43,320 nucleotides of DNA from a virus (lineage: Duplodnaviria > Heunggongvirae > Uroviricota > Caudoviricetes): the IMG/VR virus record IMGVR_UViG_2541047798_000010; one strand, given 5' to 3'. Below are positions 28,171 to 35,863 of this stretch, one piece after another. The position numbers and the translations under genes are program-made. How positions within the stretch are numbered: the first letter of the stretch is position 1; each line of letters starts with the position of its first letter. The notes beneath the pieces are model-generated. The model ran no database searches and was not told where the DNA came from. It was given only the letters and a program-made list of their open reading frames with translations.

Positions 28171-28174
28171 CACC

Positions 28175-28186
28175 GTGACATGTCAC
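28175..28186. repeat. 12-bp perfect palindrome GTGACATGTCAC (copy 2 of 3), at convergent gene ends
   Basis: Exact 12-mer, 5 bp after the stop of the 27814-28170 gene and downstream of terL. Confidence 0.6.
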
Positions 28187-28260
28187 AAACAGCCAGCCTA
28201 TGAGCTGGCTTTGTTTTATCCTCACCAGAGGATATCAACGACATTATCCCCACCAGCGGA

Positions 28261-29736
28261 TTAAGCATAGGGATCGTAATCTGTAATGGCCTTGCCTTGC
28301 TGGTTCTGCTGACCTGGAATTCGCAGACGCTTCGACACAGGGAAAGCAAACGTCAGCAATAGCGCATCGCCTTTACCCGGCGAACGCCCAAGACGCTCTT
28401 TGATATCTTCCTTCGGTTCGATAACGATTTTACCGTCCACACGAACTTTGTACTCTGCCGCCGACAGGTCGTCTGCAGTTTCCTGGTCATCCAGCATGCC
28501 GCCCAGCCTCAGCCATGTCTTACATGAGTTGAACATCTCCCCACGCTTGTTAAGCATCTGCGGGTCAGTGGACGCACCGCCGAACGGAACAAGTTGCCAT
28601 GTACGTCCCCAGCCATCACCGATTGACTTCAGACCGGTTCCGTAACCGAAGTCGATGAACACCGCGTCAGCCTGGTACTGGTCTTCAAAGTCAGCGATAC
28701 GCTTCGCCATAATCAGATCGTCGGTGGTCTTGTTGCCGGTCCACAGCACCTTACTGTGCAGCCCCTGCCGCAGGTATATCACCGCGTCATCAACGCCTGA
28801 ATATGCCGGGTCAACACCGATTATCACCGGAGCATGTGCAACCTGCGCAGCGGTTACCACCCGTTTCATTGCCTCGTCAGTAAGACCGGTAGGGATAAAC
28901 TGCAATTCAGATGCATCAGGGAATATGCCACGCACACGGATTTTAACGAAGTCGCTATCTTCCCCGTAGTCATCAACCCATTTCTGCAACTGCTGTTTGT
29001 TGGTGCCTTCCACCGTCCTGCTGTCAATCTGCGCAGTTTTCCAGCGGTGTTTGTATTTGCGGAAACATTCACGGAAACGCCCGGTGTTACGTGTAGGGTT
29101 TCCGAAAGCCACCCAGATAATCTCAGTGTCTTCGTCCGTTAGCGCACCCTCGGCAACTTCCCACACCAGATCCGCAATGTTCGACGCTTCATCAAATACC
29201 ACGATGATGCGTTTACGCTCGTTGTGTAGTCCGGCGAATGCCTCAGTGTTGTGCTCAGACCAGGGGATTGCGTCAGCTCGCCACCGCTTGTCGTGCCCAG
29301 GGTCATTGCTGTACATCGCGGTAGCGGTACAGGTAAACCAGTCTTTCGTGATAGCAAGGTTTGACCACTTGATAATTTCCGGCCAGGTCTTCGTTCGTAG
29401 CTGGTTGTCGGTGTTGGCGGTCACCACGACCTTACAATCCTCGCAAGTGGACATGCCCCAGTTGGTCAGCATTGAGATGAATGCGGATTTACCAATACCG
29501 TGACCAGAAGCACGTGCCAGCATAAGCGGCTGATATCGCGTCTCTGGATTCTGCAGGTGATCACGTATCTCTCGGAACGCATCAGCCTGCCACTGACGTG
29601 GGCCGGTGGCATGTGCCAGTTCAGTCCCCTCTTCCCCCCATGGGAACGCATAGAGGGCATAGCCAAGCGGATCGTGAGTGAACCCTGCAATATCCTCGAT
29701 TAACTGCTCTTCAGGAGATAACGCTGTATCTGTCAC
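28261..29736 (-). CDS. terL: Terminase large subunit
   Basis: 491 aa; GTG start overlapping the terS stop (GTGA); Walker A-like GHGIGKS; C-terminal nuclease region. Confidence 0.9.
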   Translation of the reverse strand: MTDTALSPEEQLIEDIAGFTHDPLGYALYAFPWGEEGTELAHATGPRQWQADAFREIRDHLQNPETRYQPLMLARASGHGIGKSAFISMLTNWGMSTCEDCKVVVTANTDNQLRTKTWPEIIKWSNLAITKDWFTCTATAMYSNDPGHDKRWRADAIPWSEHNTEAFAGLHNERKRIIVVFDEASNIADLVWEVAEGALTDEDTEIIWVAFGNPTRNTGRFRECFRKYKHRWKTAQIDSRTVEGTNKQQLQKWVDDYGEDSDFVKIRVRGIFPDASELQFIPTGLTDEAMKRVVTAAQVAHAPVIIGVDPAYSGVDDAVIYLRQGLHSKVLWTGNKTTDDLIMAKRIADFEDQYQADAVFIDFGYGTGLKSIGDGWGRTWQLVPFGGASTDPQMLNKRGEMFNSCKTWLRLGGMLDDQETADDLSAAEYKVRVDGKIVIEPKEDIKERLGRSPGKGDALLLTFAFPVSKRLRIPGQQNQQGKAITDYDPYA

Positions 29737-30332
29737 TGATTGCCATCCTGACGTTCTTTCAGTCTCTTCCTGGCTGCCGCTATGCGATCAGCAATTGTCA
29801 CATTCACATTAACATCCAGGCGTTCTTTGAATGCGTTGACGTCGACGTGCTTACCAATCAGTTCGAGGTTCTTCACCTTGTCAGGCCATTTAATTTTTTT
29901 GAGGATGCCAACCAGCTCTTTCTCGTCTCCACGGCCTTCGAACATGTCGGCCAGTTCGAAACCTGTCAGGTACTGCCGCCAGACCTTAGGCCATTCCGAG
30001 ACCGGCTTGATGCTCATATCGTCGTTGAGAATGTCAATCACGTCCATCTGGTCGATCTCCACCAGGCGCATGAGAACGTAATCAGCACTGACGCGCATTC
30101 GTTTGTTGCGCTCCTCCATCAACTCGGCAATCCGTTTTTGAATGCGTTCATCGCGCATCATGACACTGGCTTTAACTGCCGCTGTATTTGGGGAGAATCC
30201 TGCGTTAATCGCAGCCTGAGTCTGGTTTTCAGGCGTTTGGATGTATGACTGGCAATAAGCCTCCTGCATTGCTGTTAGTGGCTTAAATTGCGTTGATTTG
30301 CGTTTATAGGTTTTAGGTTCAGCAGGCATCAT
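29733..30332 (-). CDS. terS: Terminase small subunit
   Basis: Start chosen at ATG 30332 (199 aa); the track's longer TTG-start ORF translates the operator-containing leader into an implausible TITTTVTITTVV N-terminus. Confidence 0.6.
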   Translation of the reverse strand: MMPAEPKTYKRKSTQFKPLTAMQEAYCQSYIQTPENQTQAAINAGFSPNTAAVKASVMMRDERIQKRIAELMEERNKRMRVSADYVLMRLVEIDQMDVIDILNDDMSIKPVSEWPKVWRQYLTGFELADMFEGRGDEKELVGILKKIKWPDKVKNLELIGKHVDVNAFKERLDVNVNVTIADRIAAARKRLKERQDGNQ

Positions 30333-30349
30333 AACCACCGTGGTAATAG

Positions 30350-30364
30350 TTACCGTTGTGGTAA
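30350..30364. promoter_or_regulatory. Operator-type palindrome TTACC-N5-GGTAA 18 bp upstream of terS
   Basis: TTACCGTTGTGGTAA, between a minus-strand terminator and the terS start. Confidence 0.6.
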
Positions 30365-30370
30365 TAGTAC

Positions 30371-30401
30371 CATGCAAAATAAAGCCGCCATAGTTGGCGG
30401 C
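30371..30401 (-). terminator. Rho-independent terminator separating the early operon from terS-terL
   Basis: Minus-strand stem GCCGCC-AACTAT-GGCGGC followed by TTTATTTTG. Confidence 0.5.
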
Positions 30402-30406
30402 AGTAT

Positions 30407-30619
30407 TCAAAGTCCATCAAATTCATCGTAAAAACTCTCGTCAAGATACCCTTCCCATTTACCGCGAATGAAAATTACATCCTCGCCGCAAGGGTGCTGA
30501 CTGTCGATAACTATATCCCTCCTGGCGCAACCATACTTATGCATGAGAAATTTAACCTCTTTCGGAAAATTTGCTGAGTTATCTCTCATATCTTCAAGGT
30601 CGTAGCGTATTTTTGGCAT
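30407..30619 (-). CDS. Small hypothetical protein
   Basis: 70 aa from ATG 30619 (RBS AAGG 6 nt upstream); the track's GTG start lies inside the 12-bp palindrome. Confidence 0.4.
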   Translation of the reverse strand: MPKIRYDLEDMRDNSANFPKEVKFLMHKYGCARRDIVIDSQHPCGEDVIFIRGKWEGYLDESFYDEFDGL

Positions 30620-30628
30620 AACACCTTC

Positions 30629-30640
30629 GTGACATGTCAC
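30629..30640. repeat. 12-bp perfect palindrome GTGACATGTCAC (copy 3 of 3)
   Basis: Overlaps the stop codon of the zinc-ribbon gene, 10 bp upstream of ATG 30619. Confidence 0.6.
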
Positions 30641-30975
30641 ACTATTAATTTCGTTTCATGCCAGCCTTTAGTCACCCAGCATTGCGAGTCACCATTACAC
30701 GGGCATGAATTAACGGGAACTCTCTCGCCGCACTTACCGCAAAGTTTTCTGCTGATCGATTTTATACGCCCGCGCACACGTGCATCATCCTGGCGGATCA
30801 GCAGCGCGATGTACTCGGCCATTTCATAGGGATCGTGACCAGGGCGCCGGGCGGCGCAGTTCCGCGCCAGCATTTCCTGCTCCTGCTTATCCAGCACCAG
30901 TTCAATTTTGCGCTCACCAGCGGCGGACTGCCGAGCGCGCTGCGCGGCTTTGCGTTCTGCGGGGGATTTAGCCAC
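30637..30975 (-). CDS. Zinc-ribbon protein (Cys cluster CGKCGERVPVNSCPCNGDSQC); candidate transcription regulator, start uncertain
   Basis: GTG 30975 chosen (GGAG 8 nt upstream); basic N-terminal region plus C-terminal Cys cluster; located just upstream of the terS operator. Confidence 0.45.
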   Translation of the reverse strand: MAKSPAERKAAQRARQSAAGERKIELVLDKQEQEMLARNCAARRPGHDPYEMAEYIALLIRQDDARVRGRIKSISRKLCGKCGERVPVNSCPCNGDSQCWVTKGWHETKLIV

Positions 30976-31090
30976 GAATCGCACTCCACGCCAGATTGAT
31001 TAATGACTCCCAGGCAATATAAACCAGGATACCAGCAGCCAGGCCGAAACCAATCACCATGGCATAAAGCAGAGCGTTGCGCTTGTTCAT
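30968..31090 (-). CDS. 40-aa hydrophobic micro-protein (MNKRNALLYAMVIGFGLAAGILVYIAWESLINLAWSAIRG), not in the ORF track
   Basis: ATG overlaps the upstream stop as TAATG (translational coupling); single predicted TM helix. Confidence 0.3.
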   Translation of the reverse strand: MNKRNALLYAMVIGFGLAAGILVYIAWESLINLAWSAIRG

Positions 31091-31923
31091 TACTTCGCCT
31101 CCTGCGGCGGTTCCGGTAGCGGCATCCAGTTGGTTACTCCATGCCATATACCAGTTAAGATTTCAAACCTTGGCTCTCTGCCTTTCTGTGTCTTGGCATA
31201 TTCATTTCTTGTATATACGCATTGTCTAACTGCATATCCATTCCATCCAATAACTGTTTGTCTGATTTCAGGCATTCGCTCACTACAGCTTATCCAACCA
31301 TCCGGAGTTACCGGAGAGTTGCCTGCCAGTCTACGCAAAACAGCCTTAACAGCCTCAATACGGTCATCATCGTAACTTTCTGCCGTATCTATGCGGTCGA
31401 GCATGATGATTGCGTTATCAATATCAGGATTGCCGGCCCACTCATTACCGCGATTGGATTCGGCAGCCTGGTTGCCGCGTACTGGTTGATTGTCGGCTTT
31501 ACCCAGTCTGTCGTCGCTGCATGAATGCCCTTCCAGCCAGGCCAATGCTTGTCGCATGAAATACGCAATATGTTTGCCGTGGTAATCGTCTTCATCGATG
31601 TGAAAAGCGATACTACGAATGTATTCAATTGCGTTTTCAATGGCCTCTAACGCTATCGGCGCTGGCGGGGCGATGCGTCCAAGCAACTTATTTACCTCTT
31701 TCGCCATCGCGTCATATTTATCTAAATGGCGATTAGCTTCTAAGCAGACTCGGCGCATCTGATCTGAGTTAACTCGTTTAACTGGATCTGCTTCCAGCGA
31801 TGCCAGAGCAATTCGTGCCAGTTCTTCCGCTTCTTCTGCTGGCAGTACAACGTTGCTACCAGGTCCGTATGTTTCGCGCCACTGCTTGATTGTCAGCAGT
31901 CGCTCTTTGGTTATAGTGGTCAT
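31090..31923 (-). CDS. DUF551-domain protein
   Basis: 277 aa; C-terminal WISCSERMPE...VTNWMPLPEPP signature typical of DUF551 phage proteins. Confidence 0.6.
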   Translation of the reverse strand: MTTITKERLLTIKQWRETYGPGSNVVLPAEEAEELARIALASLEADPVKRVNSDQMRRVCLEANRHLDKYDAMAKEVNKLLGRIAPPAPIALEAIENAIEYIRSIAFHIDEDDYHGKHIAYFMRQALAWLEGHSCSDDRLGKADNQPVRGNQAAESNRGNEWAGNPDIDNAIIMLDRIDTAESYDDDRIEAVKAVLRRLAGNSPVTPDGWISCSERMPEIRQTVIGWNGYAVRQCVYTRNEYAKTQKGREPRFEILTGIWHGVTNWMPLPEPPQEAK

Positions 31924-31933
31924 TTGTTAATCC

Positions 31934-32689
31934 TTAAACTGCTAGTTGCAATTGCATTTCAAATCGGTCGCGTTGTTCACAATACGCAAGAGAACCAGGG
32001 CTATTGTGTGCCTCAATCCGTTCTACCATTAATGCTGCTCGTGTCTCTTTACTTGCAGGTGCATAAGCCCCAGACCAGGCTTTATCAATACCGATGTTTC
32101 GAGCGACGTTCGTACTATCTGCGCTGGCTAAGGGTAATTTTGTGAATATCTGCGGATTTAACATGCGCAATCCATGTAGTTTCGCAACCGGCTGACCATA
32201 CTCATCAACAATGTGACGAATCAGGTCTTTCATTCTGGCTACCGCAAGAGTTGGGCGCTTTACGTCATAGTCGCCACAACTACCGATAGCCACTCGCGGA
32301 AACTCATTGCACAAATGAATAAATCGCTCGTCACTTTCATTCATGTGCCACACTGGAACGCCAGCTAGTTTTCCGTGAGGCCACTCATTCAGAAGCGCAT
32401 CATTTTCTTCCTCTCCGCCATCAATAACATCAGGGATAATGGCAAAATCGAATCCTGGGTGATTCTTCCAGCGAGCAACAAACTCGTAGTAATCGCTCCA
32501 GTCGATTTTGTTTTTGCCAGCTGCTTTCCAGGCGGTGAATGCACCGTTGTCCAGTGCGAACGACTGACAGTATTCAGCAGCGAGATTGATCTGGCCTGAA
32601 TGCGCAAAACTGATAAACGCATGTCGCCCTTTCCATGCTCTCATGGCGCACGTATCAGGAGTAATAGGCCCACCGTGATAGTGAATCAT
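31934..32689 (-). CDS. Truncated TGT-fold protein (tRNA-guanine transglycosylase superfamily, DpdA-like); candidate DNA 7-deazaguanine transglycosylase
   Basis: 251 aa from ATG 32689 (RBS AAGGAG 7 nt upstream); motif-level correspondence to TGT: ITPDTCAM vs VETPCFMP, ALDNGAF vs TDSGGFQ, RVAIGSCGDYD vs GYAVGGLAVGE, ADSTNVARN vs FDCVMPTRNARN; lacks the C-terminal zinc subdomain. Confidence 0.55.
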   Translation of the reverse strand: MIHYHGGPITPDTCAMRAWKGRHAFISFAHSGQINLAAEYCQSFALDNGAFTAWKAAGKNKIDWSDYYEFVARWKNHPGFDFAIIPDVIDGGEEENDALLNEWPHGKLAGVPVWHMNESDERFIHLCNEFPRVAIGSCGDYDVKRPTLAVARMKDLIRHIVDEYGQPVAKLHGLRMLNPQIFTKLPLASADSTNVARNIGIDKAWSGAYAPASKETRAALMVERIEAHNSPGSLAYCEQRDRFEMQLQLAV

Positions 32690-32690
32690 C

Positions 32691-33440
32691 TCACTCTCCT
32701 TTGATGCGAATGCCAGCGGCACGGGAATCATTCCATCGCTTTACTTCTTCACGAATTACGTCAATGCATTCTTTCGAATCCATTAGGTAATCTTCATCAA
32801 AAAGCCTTTCCTGTTCGTTTTCTATCGCAACAATGATTGCTTCAACTAACTTTTGTGCCTGAGAACCACTTTCTAACTCTGCAATGCGCTTCTCTGCGGC
32901 TTCCAGCTTCTCGCGCATATCGTCAACGTACTCGACCAGAGATCCGCCAGCAGGAATTTCGCACTCCTCGACCAGTTGGAAGTAGATATCAGCTGCGGCC
33001 CGTGTGTTGCTATGCCTAGCGTCGCCCATCTCACCTTCACGAAGAGCATCGCGTTCGGCGGTAAGATTGGCTATTTTGCTGTCTTTGCCTTCAAGCTCAA
33101 CGCGCAGCTTCCCTACCGTTAGCGCAATATCCTCGTTCTCCTGGTCGCGGCGTTTGATGTATTGCTGGTTTCTTTCCCGTTCATCCAGCAGTGCCAGCAC
33201 GGTAGCCGGGTTAGCCTCTGCTATGAATTCAGCGTTTGCATAAGCCTGAGCATCTGATTCAATCAGGCAGTTAACATGACATTCCGCAATCACGCCACCG
33301 GGTTCTCCTTTCCATTTTTGACAAACAAAAACTCCTGTTAAATTGCCGTGCTGGTTAACAGATGTATGCCCTACGATGTAGCTTCCTTTAGTTGCTTTCT
33401 CTGCCTTTTCACGCAGTGCCTGATAGTCAATCTTGCTCAC
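32691..33440 (-). CDS. Ead/Ea22-like early-region protein
   Basis: 249 aa; GTG start overlapping upstream stop (GTGA); N-terminus SKIDYQALREKAEKATKG and coiled-coil middle typical of Ea22-like proteins. Confidence 0.5.
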   Translation of the reverse strand: MSKIDYQALREKAEKATKGSYIVGHTSVNQHGNLTGVFVCQKWKGEPGGVIAECHVNCLIESDAQAYANAEFIAEANPATVLALLDERERNQQYIKRRDQENEDIALTVGKLRVELEGKDSKIANLTAERDALREGEMGDARHSNTRAAADIYFQLVEECEIPAGGSLVEYVDDMREKLEAAEKRIAELESGSQAQKLVEAIIVAIENEQERLFDEDYLMDSKECIDVIREEVKRWNDSRAAGIRIKGE

Positions 33441-33943
33441 TGGTTGCCTCCTTTGCGAAGCTGGTCGGCGAACAAACGTACACCAGACGCTTCACTGCGT
33501 AGAAACTTAACGGCATCATCAAAACCACCTCGTTCTGCGTCGTCTGCTCCGTTGTCGAGGTTATCTGCGTACATCTCTACCCCCTGCGCCCGTACTTCAG
33601 CCAGGAAAGCATCGGTGGCTGGGGGTTCGATATCGTTAATTTCAGGAAGAATCTCTTCCCATGTGGCGATATCGCCATTCAAATGCCATCCGGAAATTCC
33701 ACTGGAGTTATCCGCAACACTGCGAACGGCTTCAATAGTTTCGAGCATTACCGCACTCTCCGCCGCCAGCGCCGCGCATCTGGCTTCAAGTTCCGCAAAC
33801 TTATCAGCTACTGACTTCGGACCGTCTTCACCGCATGCCTGCATCATGGCTGTTTCCCATGCCCGCTCATTAGCCAGAGCAGCATCACAGAGACGTCGAG
33901 ATCTGTTCAGTTGCTCTTCAAGTTCTTCATAACTCGGTTTCAT
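33437..33943 (-). CDS. Hypothetical acidic early-region protein
   Basis: 168 aa; RBS GAGGG 6 nt upstream of ATG 33943. Confidence 0.45.
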   Translation of the reverse strand: MKPSYEELEEQLNRSRRLCDAALANERAWETAMMQACGEDGPKSVADKFAELEARCAALAAESAVMLETIEAVRSVADNSSGISGWHLNGDIATWEEILPEINDIEPPATDAFLAEVRAQGVEMYADNLDNGADDAERGGFDDAVKFLRSEASGVRLFADQLRKGGNQ

Positions 33944-34004
33944 CTTTACCCTCGCTTATCCACATAACTTATTGATTACATTGATAACTAAAAAGATCGT
34001 CGAT

Positions 34005-34613
34005 TCATGCCGATCTATTTTTCATCAGTGATTCATAAAACTTTTGCCACTTATGCCGACCGAAATTAGCCTTCGAGTTACAGCTCGAACAAAGGCAAAT
34101 AAGGTTCTCCTGACGACAGTCTTGCTTGTCGTAATTGATGTGATGAGTTGTTAGCCTTTTGTCTGTTCCATCACAACCTGGGTTCTGACAAGTAAAACCA
34201 TCTCGCTCAATAACCCTCTTGCTCGTTTCTCGGAAATCCCACGGATACGGCAATCTCGATAATCCACCAGACCAGTTTGGATTTCCTTCCCCCTTCATCA
34301 GAGAAGAACGCATTATGTTGGAACACTGTTTCGAGCAGCATTTATGACGCTTCTCATGACTCAAGAAAACGGAGAACGAAGATCCGCATACGCAGCATAT
34401 TTTTAATACTCGCTTTAGTTCCCGATTTACCGTCTTGCCTCGCTGTGAAATTCCTACACACTGAAGTGAGCAGAACCTTGAAGATGAGTTGGCTCGCTTA
34501 ACCTGATATTGCCTGCCACATACGGAACAAACCTTTTCGATTTTCCCACCCTTCCAATTCGGGTTTTTATCACCGGATACAATCAATCCCGCAGCATTGG
34601 GCTTCTCGCTCAT
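34005..34613 (-). CDS. HNH homing-type endonuclease with N-terminal zinc-ribbon repeats
   Basis: 202 aa; HNH motif TTHHINYDKQDCRQENLICLCSSCN; repeated CxxC pairs; AT-rich codon usage unlike flanking genes. Confidence 0.8.
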   Translation of the reverse strand: MSEKPNAAGLIVSGDKNPNWKGGKIEKVCSVCGRQYQVKRANSSSRFCSLQCVGISQRGKTVNRELKRVLKICCVCGSSFSVFLSHEKRHKCCSKQCSNIMRSSLMKGEGNPNWSGGLSRLPYPWDFRETSKRVIERDGFTCQNPGCDGTDKRLTTHHINYDKQDCRQENLICLCSSCNSKANFGRHKWQKFYESLMKNRSA

Positions 34614-34963
34614 AGTTCCTCAACCTCCCATCCACCACCGAGCTTTTTAGGTTTTGGATAAGCAACCTGAAAGACAAACGGATAGCTGTCTGCCGCAACC
34701 TTCATCTTGACTCTCGCATCGTCAGTAAAGACTGACTTACTTCCCTTAACGTCCACCATCACCAACTGCCCGTCAGCCAACATCACGGCAAAATCTACAG
34801 TCAGGAAGCAGTTGTCAGCTAACCGCAGCTTGATACCCTCGAATCGATACCAGGCGATTTCCCCTGCACGTTTACGCTGCTCAAGGTGCTGGCAATACGC
34901 AGATTCTGTTTTGTTCATCTGGCCTGTTTTGAGTCGACCAAGAGCCTGTATCTGTTTTCTCAT
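34610..34963 (-). CDS. DUF1064-like protein (putative PD-(D/E)xK-type nuclease)
   Basis: 117 aa; motif pattern TESAYCQHL...YRFEGIKL...TVDFAVMLADGQLVMVDVKG; operator-type site overlaps its RBS. Confidence 0.5.
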   Translation of the reverse strand: MRKQIQALGRLKTGQMNKTESAYCQHLEQRKRAGEIAWYRFEGIKLRLADNCFLTVDFAVMLADGQLVMVDVKGSKSVFTDDARVKMKVAADSYPFVFQVAYPKPKKLGGGWEVEEL

Positions 34964-34966
34964 GAT

Positions 34967-34981
34967 TTACCCCTGAGGTAA
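34967..34981. promoter_or_regulatory. Operator-type palindrome TTACC-N5-GGTAA overlapping the RBS of the 34610-34963 gene
   Basis: TTACCCCTGAGGTAA, 4 bp from the start codon. Confidence 0.55.
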
Positions 34982-35028
34982 TTAAAAACCACATAAGACA
35001 CGAAATCAATAGATTTTAGAATATTTTA

Positions 35029-35043
35029 TTACCCAACAGGTAA
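35029..35043. promoter_or_regulatory. Operator-type palindrome TTACC-N5-GGTAA, second copy in the intergenic region downstream of the P-like gene
   Basis: TTACCCAACAGGTAA; a promoter-like TTGATT-N17-TTTAAT (minus strand) lies between the two sites. Confidence 0.55.
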
Positions 35044-35080
35044 TCATCGAGACGTAAAAAAATGCGCTATCGCGCTGGTA

Positions 35081-35863
35081 TTACTTGATAAATCCTGCCG
35101 CCTTTCCCCGCCTGTATTCCTCCATCAGCCACTGCGCCGGTGTTATTCCCCCCAGGGTGGCGGCGTTAGGCATGCACCCGAAACTTCGCCCTGGTGGATG
35201 GTAAACGTCTCTCCCTGTATCCGGAGGTGTACTCATGGGTTCTGGCTTTGCCTGTATGCTGATCACCGGATCGGGTATCTGCTGTCCGGAAGCCACCTTT
35301 TTCGCCCAATCATCGAGCAGCCTGCGCGCGTGTTTCTCAACCTCAATCTCGCTAAGCTGGCGCTGATACATTGCACGGCGGGTATCACATACGACCCAGT
35401 ACATAACCGGATGTCGCCACGGGAATCTTTCGGGACCACCAGGATATAAACTTTTTTCCTTGCTGTACCGGTGAAACTCCGCCATCACATCGTCAATGGT
35501 GACGCCAAGAACCATCTTGCTGTCTTTACACCACTTGATAAATTGCCCTGGCGACGGCCAGAACGGAGATTCACTGGCGCGGGCGTGGCGCATACCAGCG
35601 TTAACCTGTTCCATTGTTGTGATCCCATTCTCCAGAAACGCAAGCATCCATTGTTTTCGAAATTCGTTTAGCTTTCCTTGCTCGCTGATAGCAGCGATGC
35701 TGCCTGGAAATGCAGCCTGTAACTGGACAAACATTTCGTTGAAAATTCTTGCAACCTGCTCCTTCTTTGCCCTTTCATCGTCAGCAGAAGCAACCGCCGT
35801 CGAGTGGTCATGCCCACCACGAAAGCGATCGTACTCATTAAGAAGTTCTGGAGTTGATTTCAT
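35081..35863 (-). CDS. Replication protein P-like (helicase loader)
   Basis: Start chosen at ATG 35863 (RBS GAGGTG); segment RKQWMLAFLENGITTMEQVNAGMRHARASESPFWPSPGQFIKWCKD closely matches lambda P (RQWVLAFRENGITTMEQVNAGMRVARRQNRPFLPSPGQFVAWCRE). Confidence 0.85.
   Translation of the reverse strand: MKSTPELLNEYDRFRGGHDHSTAVASADDERAKKEQVARIFNEMFVQLQAAFPGSIAAISEQGKLNEFRKQWMLAFLENGITTMEQVNAGMRHARASESPFWPSPGQFIKWCKDSKMVLGVTIDDVMAEFHRYSKEKSLYPGGPERFPWRHPVMYWVVCDTRRAMYQRQLSEIEVEKHARRLLDDWAKKVASGQQIPDPVISIQAKPEPMSTPPDTGRDVYHPPGRSFGCMPNAATLGGITPAQWLMEEYRRGKAAGFIK

Noticed and set aside
29733-30410. Long TTG-start version of terS including a TITTTVTITTVV N-terminus
   Set aside because: The extra N-terminal codons translate the operator palindrome and terminator region; the internal ATG at 30332 is the more plausible start
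33956-33964. Perfect DnaA-box nonamer TTATCCACA
   Set aside because: A single 9-mer is expected by chance about once in three windows of this size; no clustering with other DnaA boxes
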